A stretch of 63,069 bases of DNA from Thermodesulfobacteriota bacterium (GTDB lineage: Bacteria; Desulfobacterota; WTBG01; CAIYCZ01; CAIRTM01): positions 1-63,069 of the forward strand of contig JANQGV010000260.1 of assembly GCA_028282925.1 (NCBI GenBank), given 5' to 3'. Below the pieces are notes generated by a model. It was given only the letters and a program-made list of their open reading frames with translations. It searched no databases and was not told the DNA's origin. Positions within the stretch are counted from its first letter, which is position 1. The number at the start of each line of letters is the position of its first letter. This document shows, piece after piece, positions 18,649-27,399 of the stretch. Position numbers and translations under genes: made by a program.

Positions 18649-19905
18649 CTAATAGCTTCTCACCTTCAGGCTTTTCACCTGAAACAGGGTCAGGGGTATC
18701 TCTATGCCGATACCCTTGATTTCCCGGTTACCGGGACTTCCATGGTGCCGGATAAAATCAACAATATGCTCACCGTTGAAAAGGGCTGTTTGCTCCCCGC
18801 CGTATGACGGATAGACATTGGTATACATCTCATACATCTTCCAGAGCTGGCCCTGGCGGTTGTACATTACTTTAAAATTCATCTGCCAGGTCTCCGGGTC
18901 GAGATACCAGACCTGCTTGCTGTAAACATAGTCCGGCTCTTTACTGACGACCTCCACCACCCAGTGATTGACGCGCTCCCGCTGGACACCGCTCCAGAAT
19001 CCCTGGCCGGTAATGCGCTCCAGTTTTGCCGGGTCCTGGTGGCGGGCAAACAGCAGGTCTTTTCTTCCCAGGTATTTATATGTATTATGGCCAAGGTGAG
19101 TATACCAGCCGTCCTGATCGTCATAAATCATATCGGTTCCGTCGATCGTGTCGGTCCGCTGGCTGGTGGCATAGCGCCTGATACGCCGAAACATGGCGGT
19201 ATACACCCATAAATCGGTTGCCCGTGTCAGGTCCTTATATTTCAGCTCGAGCATGGTGGTGTCCACAAAGTCGGCCGGGGCGGCATGCCGCTGAAAAAAC
19301 GAAAGAGTGATATCCCGGGGGTTGTCCTTTTTGCTGAATTTCGGTACCGGCGGAACATCATAGCGTCCCATCCAGCGCATTTCCCAGCGCAGCTGTTTTG
19401 CATCACGTTCGTGCCTGGTACGACAATCGACAACCGTGCCGGTATGTATGATGTGATGGCTGTCTCCTTTGGTATTGGAATCGAAGTTCCATGCCATCTC
19501 AGCCCCGGTTGTGGGCTGGGGAAAAGGGATACCGGCAACGTCGCCATACCCCACCAGGTCGTTGTTAACATCCAGGCTCCCCGGGGCGTGCTTTTTGGTG
19601 GCCGCGATCATGCCCTTTGTTACCGGGAGGGGCTTATAGGGGACGATCTCAAACCAGATGGATTCGGCGCCGAAGATCGACGGCTCTTTAACAGCTTTAT
19701 ATACCGCTTCATGCAGATACTCCTTTACCTGGTCGACATTCTCGGCCGTGATTTTTTTACCGGCCCATGTTTTTTCCCATTCCCTGACGTTCCGCAGTTC
19801 ATCGCCTTCATATGAGGGCACGGGGAAACGAACTTCGCCGGCGTGCACCAGCGACACGCATACGACTCCCAGGATGCAGCTGCTGAAAATGCGAAATAAT
19901 TTCAT
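18649..19905 (-). CDS. DUF1329-family (LolA-like, outer-membrane lipoprotein-sorting-like) periplasmic protein
   Basis: Signal peptide plus AGIPFPQPTTGAEMAWNF and FRRIRRYATSQRTDTIDGTDMIYDD, which resemble DUF1329 signatures I recall. It holds the canonical position next to a DUF1302 gene. Confidence 0.65.
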   Translation of the reverse strand: MKLFRIFSSCILGVVCVSLVHAGEVRFPVPSYEGDELRNVREWEKTWAGKKITAENVDQVKEYLHEAVYKAVKEPSIFGAESIWFEIVPYKPLPVTKGMIAATKKHAPGSLDVNNDLVGYGDVAGIPFPQPTTGAEMAWNFDSNTKGDSHHIIHTGTVVDCRTRHERDAKQLRWEMRWMGRYDVPPVPKFSKKDNPRDITLSFFQRHAAPADFVDTTMLELKYKDLTRATDLWVYTAMFRRIRRYATSQRTDTIDGTDMIYDDQDGWYTHLGHNTYKYLGRKDLLFARHQDPAKLERITGQGFWSGVQRERVNHWVVEVVSKEPDYVYSKQVWYLDPETWQMNFKVMYNRQGQLWKMYEMYTNVYPSYGGEQTALFNGEHIVDFIRHHGSPGNREIKGIGIEIPLTLFQVKSLKVRSY

Positions 19906-19953
19906 AAAAACATCTCCTCATCATAAGGTGAGTGTAAACGGCTGACCATTGTC

Positions 19954-21579
19954 TTAAAACTCATACCCGATCCGAAAATAGATCGAATCTTTGTTTTCGG
20001 CATAGGCCTCCTTGGAATCATGCGGGTCCCGGGCAAAAAACCAGAGGTAGCCAAGCTCATAGCGCATATGTTTTCCGGGCGTATACCGCATGGCAAATAC
20101 ACCGTAGCCCCAGTTGCGGGTATTATACAGGAACCGCATCGTGGGCCACAGCTCGTTATGCCGCAGTTTGCCGCGAACCGTCAGGGTGAAGTTACACTGC
20201 GAGCGGTCCTGGTAGCCGAAGGTCGACCGCCAGCGGGTTACATTCCCGAGGCGCCACTGCCCGAACCAGCCCATGGTCACATCAAGCACTCCGCTTGAGC
20301 CCCAGCGCTGCGCCAGCCAGTTCCAGCGCACCGGCCGGTCAAAGGTGATACCGACATTGATCTGGTCGCGCTCGCTGGTGCCGGTAATCGGCTTTTCACC
20401 GCCGGGTGTCGGATCGATGTGCAGCGGATACGCCTTGTTGATCGGCAGCCCGATTTCATAGGAGAACTCGCCGCGCACCACTCCTTTCAGGGCCGGAACA
20501 AAGGTCTGGCAGCTTGCGCCGACAGCGTCAAAAAACTTGTAGCGCCAGAAACTGTCGTGGGTAAGGTGCGGCAGTGCGAAGCCCAAAACCCGGCTGGGAA
20601 ATGCGTTGCGGGTGAGATACCCGTTGAGGGTGCGGATGTTGAAATTGCCGGTGGGGTTGCCGCGGGTTTTATTGCGGGCGACCGGGGTGCTGTTCATGCC
20701 GTGATACCAGCTCACCGTCCAGTCCAGCAGATATATTTCGCCGAACAGCGACACTTCCGAATTACCGCGGATCCTGAAGGCCCATTGGGAATTACGCAGC
20801 GTAAAGGCCGGCCGGGCCCGGTGAAACATGCGGTTTACCGCCGCGCTCTGGCCGAAAGGCCGGGGGCGCCGGTACTTGGGGCCCTGCGGCGCAGGGATGG
20901 CACCCATGCTGGTTCCTTCCATCGGGGAACGCACCTGCTCGAAATCTCCCGGAATCCAGATCCACTCAAACACGAGCTGGCCGGGCAGGTTGGAGTTGTA
21001 AAACCCCCGCATCATCCACAGCCCCAGCTTCATCTCATCCCAGGGGTCGATTCCCGGGGTGGTGTAGCGCAGATCGAGTGGGTTGATCCGGTCGATGGTG
21101 CGCACCATTTCAACTTCACTCCAGAAAACGATCTGCTTGCCCAGTCGGATATTCCAGTTGCCGAAATAAATGTCGGCATAGAGTTCATTGATCCAGTCAT
21201 CCTGGTCATAAAACGGCCCCTGGTACCGTTTATGGTTGCGCCGCTCGATGCTCCGTTTATATTCCTGGTCAAAATCGGGAACCCCCTCATGCCACCACTG
21301 GAAAAAACCGAACAGGTTGATCATGACATCCTTGTTTTCAACCGCTTTGTACAGCAGCTCAAGGGTACCCTTTGTGCGCATCAGCCCCCAGTCGGTATCG
21401 CGGTACTGACGCTCTTCACGCTTCAGGTCGGTACGATACATCATAAATTCGTACAGACTGCCCTTTATCCTGAGTTTGCCGTCCAGCACGTGGTATGCGG
21501 CATCGCTCGGTTCGGGAACGAGCACATACCCTGCGGCAAGAGCGGCCAAAAACAAAAACCAGGTATATTTTTTCATCAT
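19954..21579 (-). CDS. DUF1302-family outer-membrane beta-barrel protein
   Basis: Signal peptide MMKKYTWFLFLAALAAG. Alternating aromatic/hydrophilic pattern and C-terminal ...YFRIGYEF (terminal Phe, as in OM barrels). Confidence 0.65.
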   Translation of the reverse strand: MMKKYTWFLFLAALAAGYVLVPEPSDAAYHVLDGKLRIKGSLYEFMMYRTDLKREERQYRDTDWGLMRTKGTLELLYKAVENKDVMINLFGFFQWWHEGVPDFDQEYKRSIERRNHKRYQGPFYDQDDWINELYADIYFGNWNIRLGKQIVFWSEVEMVRTIDRINPLDLRYTTPGIDPWDEMKLGLWMMRGFYNSNLPGQLVFEWIWIPGDFEQVRSPMEGTSMGAIPAPQGPKYRRPRPFGQSAAVNRMFHRARPAFTLRNSQWAFRIRGNSEVSLFGEIYLLDWTVSWYHGMNSTPVARNKTRGNPTGNFNIRTLNGYLTRNAFPSRVLGFALPHLTHDSFWRYKFFDAVGASCQTFVPALKGVVRGEFSYEIGLPINKAYPLHIDPTPGGEKPITGTSERDQINVGITFDRPVRWNWLAQRWGSSGVLDVTMGWFGQWRLGNVTRWRSTFGYQDRSQCNFTLTVRGKLRHNELWPTMRFLYNTRNWGYGVFAMRYTPGKHMRYELGYLWFFARDPHDSKEAYAENKDSIYFRIGYEF

Positions 21580-21654
21580 ACCCCCTTTACATCAGGCAGA
21601 AGTGCCCCCTGCACTTGTGCTCTCGGGTTCACAAACGTCATGCACATCGGCTTT

Positions 21655-21710
21655 AATACGGTTAAGTAAAAACTTCGGCTTTAATACGGTTAAGTAAAAA
21701 CTTCGGCTTT
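21655..21710. repeat. perfect 28-bp tandem duplication (2 copies plus 8-nt partial third) across the RND gene stop
   Basis: aatacggttaagtaaaaacttcggcttt occurs at 21655-21682 and again at 21683-21710. tcggcttt at 21647-21654 is a partial copy. Confidence 0.95.
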
Positions 21711-24007
21711 ATAATGCAGATAAGCGTCGGTACCAGTAACAGGGCACCCAGCATATTTAAAAACAGCAGGATAGCCAGCAGGACACCCATTTCGGCTTGA
21801 AACTTCAGAGACGAAAAAATCCAGATCACCAGGCCGATGGTAAGCGTGGTGGCGATCTGGATGATTGCCTTGCCATTTGACCGCAGAGTTCTGTAAATTG
21901 CCTGGGACAGCGAATCGGCTCCCTTGCACTCTTCGCGCAGGCGGCTCATAAAATAGATACCATAGTCCACACCGAGACCGATGCCCACCGATGAAACCGG
22001 ATAGGTATTGACCGTCAGCCCGATATGGTAGGCGCCCATCAGGGCAAAGGTGAGAACGTTGGAGATCGCAAGCGGAATGGTCAGGATAAAACCGGCGGCA
22101 AGCGATCTGAAATTCAGAGCACAAAATATAAAAATACCACCTAAAGCAAAAACAAGGTTCCAGATCTGGGCGTCGGCTATCACCTCTCTGACACCGGCCT
22201 GAACGCCGACGGCCCCGCCGGCAAGAACATACTTCCCTCCCGGCGGACCGGGGTTTTTATCGATATAGCTGCGGATATAGCCGATAACGTCCTCAACGGT
22301 TTTGGGCATTTTGTCCCGGCAGTAGATGACGATATTGGCGGTAGTGTCTTTCATATCGACATAGCGGTCCCACGTGCCGGGTTCCCCGGTATACAGCAGC
22401 TTGCGCGCGCAAAAACTCATAACCCGGTCCTCTTTGGGCAGATGATACCATTGCGGATCATCCTCATAGGAAGCCATCAGAAAGCCGGGCAGGCTGTTGA
22501 CGATGGAATAGGTAAACATTACCCGATCATGCTGCATCATATAGCGCTGAAAGGTGTTCATCTCGCGCAACGTCGACCCCTTGGTCACGAACCCGCCCTC
22601 ATCTCCTTCCAGGATCACATACAGCGGGTTGAGCAGCGGGATGCTGAAGGTGATACGAAATGCGTCTTTATTATAACGGTGGAAAGGCCACAAAATCGAG
22701 GAGCCGGGCAGAAAATCACCCACTTGAATCCGGCCGGCATAGTTCCATCCCACGCTGACAATGGCAATGGTAACAACCAGTACATACCATTTACCCCGGC
22801 CCGGTATCCAGTTGCCGATAACGCCCAGGAAGCGGTCGCGATACGTGCCCCCCTGGCTGCGCTGCCGTTCCATTAAGCGCTGCATGCGTTTCGAATCCGG
22901 CAGGCAGGCCAGCAGCAGCGGAGACAGCACGACCGATAGAATAATGGTGGCGACACACCAGAAGCTGCAGGATATTGCAATGTTCATTAAAATGGGAATG
23001 GTTGCGATTGCCACCAGCGCAATACCCAGGGCATCGGTTATAATGCTGGTAATGCCCGGCATGAACATGGTTTCAATCGTGGTGACCGATGCGGCACGGA
23101 TATCCCGCACGGTTTCATATTCTTCAATATAGCGGCTGATACACTGCATGGAATGCCGGGCGGTCATCAGGGATATGAGGAACGGCAGCACCAGGATGAG
23201 TGGATCGAGGCTGAAACCGACAATCGACATGAAACCCAGGCCCCACACCGCACTCAAAGCGGCCGACAACACCGGAATCAGCACGGCGCGAATGCTTTTA
23301 TAGTATAGAAAAAGCATGATGATAATACCCAGGACCGTAATGCCCAGCACACCCACCACCTGTTTCGTGTGGTGATCGATGTACCCCAGGTGCATGGGCT
23401 CGCCTGCGATATTTATAATATGGTTGTCGTCTTCAGTATGCTCCCGTATCCGGCTGAACTCGTTGAAAACCGCTTTGTAATCGATATCATCCTCGAAAAA
23501 ATCAACCATGATCAGGGTTTTTTTGCTGTCATAGGAAACATACTGGCCGTAATAGCGGGGATTGCTGTAAATCTTGTCCCGCAACTCCTGCATTTCCTTT
23601 TCATCAGACGGAACATTCGGATACATCAGGGGGGTAATGGACATGGTCCCGGAAGTAAACTTAAAGTCCTTCATTTTGGAAATGGCAATCGACCTGATCT
23701 TGTAGGGGTCAACACCCGGAATCTTTTCCAGCTCACGGGTTATCCATTTTACTTTTTCAAGGGTTTGGGTATTGAAAATATCGCCGTCGCGGACCTGCAC
23801 CATAAGCAGAACCTGGTTGGCTCCCCCGAAGATGTTGCGGATTTTATTATGTACCTTGATAAACGAATGTTTTTGCGGAAGCAGATCGCTGAAGCTGGTC
23901 CGTATGGGCAGTTGCAGACAGTGATAGAAAAAAAAGAGTGTAATAAGGCCGATAATTCCGATTACGGCCAGGCGATATTTTACAAGCGTTTGTGCAAAAT
24001 ATTTCAC
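21662..24007 (-). CDS. RND-superfamily (MMPL-type) membrane transporter
   Basis: About 780 aa with two 6-TM bundles and large loops, as in HpnN/MMPL-like exporters. I prefer the GTG at 24007 (AGGAGAACAGG upstream) over the ORF-track start at 24088. Confidence 0.75.
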   Translation of the reverse strand: MKYFAQTLVKYRLAVIGIIGLITLFFFYHCLQLPIRTSFSDLLPQKHSFIKVHNKIRNIFGGANQVLLMVQVRDGDIFNTQTLEKVKWITRELEKIPGVDPYKIRSIAISKMKDFKFTSGTMSITPLMYPNVPSDEKEMQELRDKIYSNPRYYGQYVSYDSKKTLIMVDFFEDDIDYKAVFNEFSRIREHTEDDNHIINIAGEPMHLGYIDHHTKQVVGVLGITVLGIIIMLFLYYKSIRAVLIPVLSAALSAVWGLGFMSIVGFSLDPLILVLPFLISLMTARHSMQCISRYIEEYETVRDIRAASVTTIETMFMPGITSIITDALGIALVAIATIPILMNIAISCSFWCVATIILSVVLSPLLLACLPDSKRMQRLMERQRSQGGTYRDRFLGVIGNWIPGRGKWYVLVVTIAIVSVGWNYAGRIQVGDFLPGSSILWPFHRYNKDAFRITFSIPLLNPLYVILEGDEGGFVTKGSTLREMNTFQRYMMQHDRVMFTYSIVNSLPGFLMASYEDDPQWYHLPKEDRVMSFCARKLLYTGEPGTWDRYVDMKDTTANIVIYCRDKMPKTVEDVIGYIRSYIDKNPGPPGGKYVLAGGAVGVQAGVREVIADAQIWNLVFALGGIFIFCALNFRSLAAGFILTIPLAISNVLTFALMGAYHIGLTVNTYPVSSVGIGLGVDYGIYFMSRLREECKGADSLSQAIYRTLRSNGKAIIQIATTLTIGLVIWIFSSLKFQAEMGVLLAILLFLNMLGALLLVPTLICIIKPKFLLNRIKAEVFT

Positions 24008-24102
24008 CCTGTTCTCCTGTGAGGGATAGGAAGGCCATGTTACGGGAAGCCGAGCTATGGATTCACCCCCATGCAAATCCATACACAAGTTATACAGACA
24101 CG

Positions 24103-24116
24103 TTCTTGCGCAAGAA
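24103..24116. promoter_or_regulatory. perfect 14-bp palindrome TTCTTGCGCAAGAA (candidate operator)
   Basis: Read directly from the sequence. It lies between the candidate promoter (24149-24177) and the RND start. Confidence 0.3.
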
Positions 24117-24148
24117 AAATAGTTAGACAGTCAAACTATTTAAAATTT

Positions 24149-24177
24149 AAACTATTATATTTTTTTATTATTGTCAA
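24149..24177 (-). promoter_or_regulatory. candidate sigma70-type promoter for the RND/DUF1302/DUF1329/BNR operon
   Basis: The minus strand reads TTGACA-17 nt-TAGTTT in a very AT-rich 260-nt intergenic region. Same architecture as the 8542-8570 candidate. Confidence 0.3.
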
Positions 24178-24197
24178 GAATTTAATACAGGGCAGAT

Positions 24198-24233
24198 GAA
24201 AAAACATTGGGCACGGAAACCTGATGTTTTTTC
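24198..24233 (-). terminator. AT-rich hairpin downstream of the aminotransferase gene (weak terminator candidate)
   Basis: GAAAAAACAT-16 nt-ATGTTTTTTC, a perfect 10-bp inverted repeat. The stem is AT-rich, so support is weak. Confidence 0.3.
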
Positions 24234-24352
24234 CAAAGGGAACAACCGTTATTCCATTCTTTTCCTTTGCATTATTCGGTGTATCCATCTGCCCAAAGCA
24301 GTAACAAAGGGGGAAAACCACGCAGGAGACGGCGTTTTCCGACAGCCTTCCA

Positions 24353-25654
24353 TCAGGCAGATGCAAGATACTGTTGAATACTGTCCGCCAGTGTTTTCCA
24401 GATCCATTCCGCTTTTGCATCATCGGTTTCCAGCATGGTAAGCCGGAACCCCTGGCGATTACAACAAAACCCCGTAAGAGGAACAACGCAGATACCGGTA
24501 GCGCCAAGCAGATAATAGACAAAGCGTTTGTCGGCTTCAACATCTTTTACCTGACCGGCAATAATCCGCTGCGCTTTCGCATTGTCAATGGGCAGGGTCT
24601 GACGGTCGTTGAGAACACCTTCATCAAAAAGAACCGTCATGTAAAAAGCGCCGCGCGGCCGGACCACATGGGTCCCGGGAACCTCCGAGAGAATGTCATA
24701 GGCGGTGTTGACCCTCTTTTCAAACATGGTATTGCGTTCGTCAAGGTGCCCCTGATAGCGCGGATCTCCCATGATCCGGGGAATGGAAAACTGGGGCAGG
24801 CTTGTCGAGCAGACTTCCAGCATTTTCGCCTTCACCATACTCTGGATATAGGTTTTAAATTCCGGATACTTGTCCTGGTTATACACTTCAATCCAGCCGC
24901 ACCGGGCTCCCGGCCATGGAAACTCCTTGGATATGCCGCGCAGGGCGATACCGGGGCGGTCTCCGATCACCTCGCTCAAGCTGGCGGTTTCGGCTCCATT
25001 ATAGACAATGTTGGCATAGATTTCGTCACATATAATAAACACGCTGTGCCGCCGGGCAATATCCACCATGCCCTCCAGGATGTGCCGCGGATACACGGCG
25101 CCGGTCGGGTTGTCGGGGTTGATAATGAGCAGCCCGGAAATGGAATCGTTATATTTTATTTTATTCTCCAGATCTTCCAGATCCGGCATCCAGTTGTCCA
25201 GGGGGTTCAATTCATAGGTCAGATGTTCATAGCCGGAATGGGCGGCTTCGGCCGATGAATGGGTCGAATATGCCGGCGACGGGCCGATTACCCGGGCTTC
25301 ACGACGCATGTAGCCGAAGATCCGGGCCACCGCATCTCCCAGCCCGTTAAACATGATGATATCATCCTGGGTTATACGGCACCCGCCCCGCTTGTTGACC
25401 AGTTCGGCCAGAAAAGCACGGGTCTCCGGAATCCCCTGGGTATCGATATACCCGTAGGTACGGTCGTCTTTTACCAGATCGCTGACAATATCTTTAATCC
25501 ACTGGGGCAGTATTTCGCCCTTGCTGATCGGGTCGCCGATATTCTCCCAATACACCTCGACACCTGAGCGCTGAAGCTCCTGGGCAAGGGCAACAATGCC
25601 CCTGATCTCATAGGTGAGCTGGTCTACACCTTCATGTACAATAGAACGCCTCAT
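24353..25654 (-). CDS. pyridoxal-phosphate aminotransferase, class I/II (alanine-aminotransferase-like)
   Basis: Segments LTYEIRGIV and GISKEFPWPGARCGWI (PLP-lysine region). ATG at 25654 with GGAGG RBS; the ORF-track N-terminal extension is unlikely. Confidence 0.8.
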   Translation of the reverse strand: MRRSIVHEGVDQLTYEIRGIVALAQELQRSGVEVYWENIGDPISKGEILPQWIKDIVSDLVKDDRTYGYIDTQGIPETRAFLAELVNKRGGCRITQDDIIMFNGLGDAVARIFGYMRREARVIGPSPAYSTHSSAEAAHSGYEHLTYELNPLDNWMPDLEDLENKIKYNDSISGLLIINPDNPTGAVYPRHILEGMVDIARRHSVFIICDEIYANIVYNGAETASLSEVIGDRPGIALRGISKEFPWPGARCGWIEVYNQDKYPEFKTYIQSMVKAKMLEVCSTSLPQFSIPRIMGDPRYQGHLDERNTMFEKRVNTAYDILSEVPGTHVVRPRGAFYMTVLFDEGVLNDRQTLPIDNAKAQRIIAGQVKDVEADKRFVYYLLGATGICVVPLTGFCCNRQGFRLTMLETDDAKAEWIWKTLADSIQQYLASA

Positions 25655-25837
25655 GTACGCCTCCGTATACAAAAAAAGAATAATTACACAGTAAAATTGG
25701 AAGTTTACCTGCTTTAGGCACACTTGTCAATCCATTGTCTGCCCCGGCTGCCGCTCTATTTATGGATTGAACATACGGCTTCATAAGGCTGGCCTGGAAC
25801 ATACACTATCGAGAACCGGTTCGGGTGTGCCGTTCAT

Positions 25838-26911
25838 CTAACAGCCACCCTCCCCGGCATACCGCTTTTTATAATATGCCCGCGCGACCAGCAGGAGCAG
25901 AACCACCGCCGTTATCGCAGCAGGAAGCTCCCGGTGGCTTTCAGCCCCCACGGCTACCCAGTTGGTGGTACCCAGTGCCAGTGATACGTATAATGTATTA
26001 ATGCATATCCCCAGCAACAGGGAAACGACCGCTATCGTGCCGACGTAGACCACTGCCACGCGCTTGCCCATAAGCCTGCTTACAACCGTTATGGTCGTCA
26101 CATTTGTAGCCGGCCCCACCAGCATGAAAACAAGCGCTGCCCCGGGAGACAGGCCCTTCAAAGCCAGGGCCGCCACAATGGGCGTAGACGCCGTGGCGCA
26201 CACGTAAAGCGGAATTCCGGCGACCAGCATAATCAGCATGGGAACAATGCCTGCCCCGAGGTGCCGTTCAATAAAGCCACCGGGTATGCTGTAGCCGATG
26301 ACCCCGGCAATGCCCACTCCCAGCAAAAACATTGGGCCGATATCGCCCAGAAGCTCGGTAAAGGAAAACCCGATGCCCTGTTTGACTTTTCGCAAAAATG
26401 TCGGGGGGACACTCTGACACCCGCAGGCGCTCCCCGCACCTTCTTCGCACCCGGTCCGACACCCGCAACCGTTATTGATGTCGGGAACCCCGCCGCCATC
26501 CGGCAACACATTTACCAGGCTGCCTGCCGTAAGGGCGGTAAAAAAGGCTGCAACGGGGCGCACGAGGGTCATGAGCGGATCAAGCAACGCGTAGGTAATT
26601 GATATGGAATCGACTCCTGTTTCCGGCGTCGAAATGAGAAAAGCGGTTGTGGCCCCTTTGCCGGCCCCTTGCTTGCGCAGGCCCATTGCAATGGGAATGA
26701 CGCCGCATGAACAGACCGGCAGGGGAACACCCATAAGCGCCGCCTTTACAACAGACACGAAGCCCTTACCGCCCAGATGGCGGTCTACAAACCCGTCCGG
26801 GATTACCGCCTTCAGGACACCGGCAACAAAAAGCCCCATAACAATGAAAGGGGCCGATTTTACCAGGACATGCCAGCTCTCATTAAAAATACCGGCTACC
26901 ATTTCAATCAT
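25838..26911 (-). CDS. metal/metalloid permease (DUF318/ArsP-like, SO_0444-type) with Cys-rich loop
   Basis: Motif PVCSCGVIP, central loop NNGCGCRTGCEEGAGSACGCQ, about 8-10 TM segments. It starts 2 nt after the ArsR gene stop. Confidence 0.7.
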   Translation of the reverse strand: MIEMVAGIFNESWHVLVKSAPFIVMGLFVAGVLKAVIPDGFVDRHLGGKGFVSVVKAALMGVPLPVCSCGVIPIAMGLRKQGAGKGATTAFLISTPETGVDSISITYALLDPLMTLVRPVAAFFTALTAGSLVNVLPDGGGVPDINNGCGCRTGCEEGAGSACGCQSVPPTFLRKVKQGIGFSFTELLGDIGPMFLLGVGIAGVIGYSIPGGFIERHLGAGIVPMLIMLVAGIPLYVCATASTPIVAALALKGLSPGAALVFMLVGPATNVTTITVVSRLMGKRVAVVYVGTIAVVSLLLGICINTLYVSLALGTTNWVAVGAESHRELPAAITAVVLLLLVARAYYKKRYAGEGGC

Positions 26912-26913
26912 AG

Positions 26914-27276
26914 CTACTTTTCCTTCACATGCTCGATCCCCTGGGTGAAAAGCGTATACACATGGTCATCATCAAGGGCGTAATATACAATCTTGCCCTC
27001 CTTACGGTAGCGCACCAGTTGAGCGGCCCGCAGCAGCCGCAGTTGATGCGACACCGCCGACTGACTTAAATCCAGCAGTGCGGCAATATCACACACACAG
27101 AGCTCCTCAATCGAAAGCGCCTGGAGAATGCGCACCCGCGTAAAATCTCCAAGGGTTTTAAACAGTTCCGCAAGGCGGGCAAGCCGTTCATCCGGCTCCA
27201 TAGCTTCCCGTGCTTTATCGAGCTTCTCCGGGTGAAGACAATGAGTTTGACAAACCGCCTGTTTTCCCTTTTCCAT
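26914..27276 (-). CDS. ArsR/SmtB-family metalloregulator
   Basis: Segment ELCVCDIAALLDLSQSAVSHQLRLLRAAQLVRYRKEGKIVYY. ATG at 27276; the ORF-track start at 27282 is a TTG. Confidence 0.85.
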   Translation of the reverse strand: MEKGKQAVCQTHCLHPEKLDKAREAMEPDERLARLAELFKTLGDFTRVRILQALSIEELCVCDIAALLDLSQSAVSHQLRLLRAAQLVRYRKEGKIVYYALDDDHVYTLFTQGIEHVKEK

Positions 27277-27292
27277 ATTCAATAGCTCCTAC

Positions 27293-27312
27293 ATATGAAC
27301 ATATATTCATAT
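27293..27312. promoter_or_regulatory. candidate ArsR/SmtB operator (ATATGAA-N6-TTCATAT)
   Basis: A 7-bp inverted repeat 17-36 nt upstream of the arsR-like ATG. The TGAA..TTCA core matches SmtB/CzrA-type operators as I recall them. Confidence 0.45.
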
Positions 27313-27399
27313 ATTAACACGAACGTTTTCTCAATGCAACTTCTACCTGTTCTTGCTGCATGGTGATATTAAAAAAATCTCTGAACACAGACAGAGTAA

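Noticed and set aside
21647-21710. Possible CRISPR array or phase-variable simple repeat
   Set aside because: There are only two and a fraction contiguous identical 28-bp units with no spacers, so it is not a CRISPR array. It is better explained as a single slipped-strand duplication, reported as such.
24008-24088. N-terminal extensions given by the ORF track, for example RND gene to 24088, GGR-like genes to 10026 and 14309, aminotransferase to 25723, PEBP from 36756, amine oxidase to 46530
   Set aside because: In each case an internal ATG or GTG with a good GGAGG-like RBS coincides with the start of the conserved domain or signal peptide, and the extensions are unconserved-looking. Several ORF-track starts are TTG or GTG codons without an RBS.
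24136-24543. 135-aa minus-strand ORF in the AT-rich gap and the aminotransferase 3' region
   Set aside because: It overlaps the end of the well-supported aminotransferase CDS in another frame and otherwise covers promoter-like AT-rich DNA. There is no RBS or domain signal.
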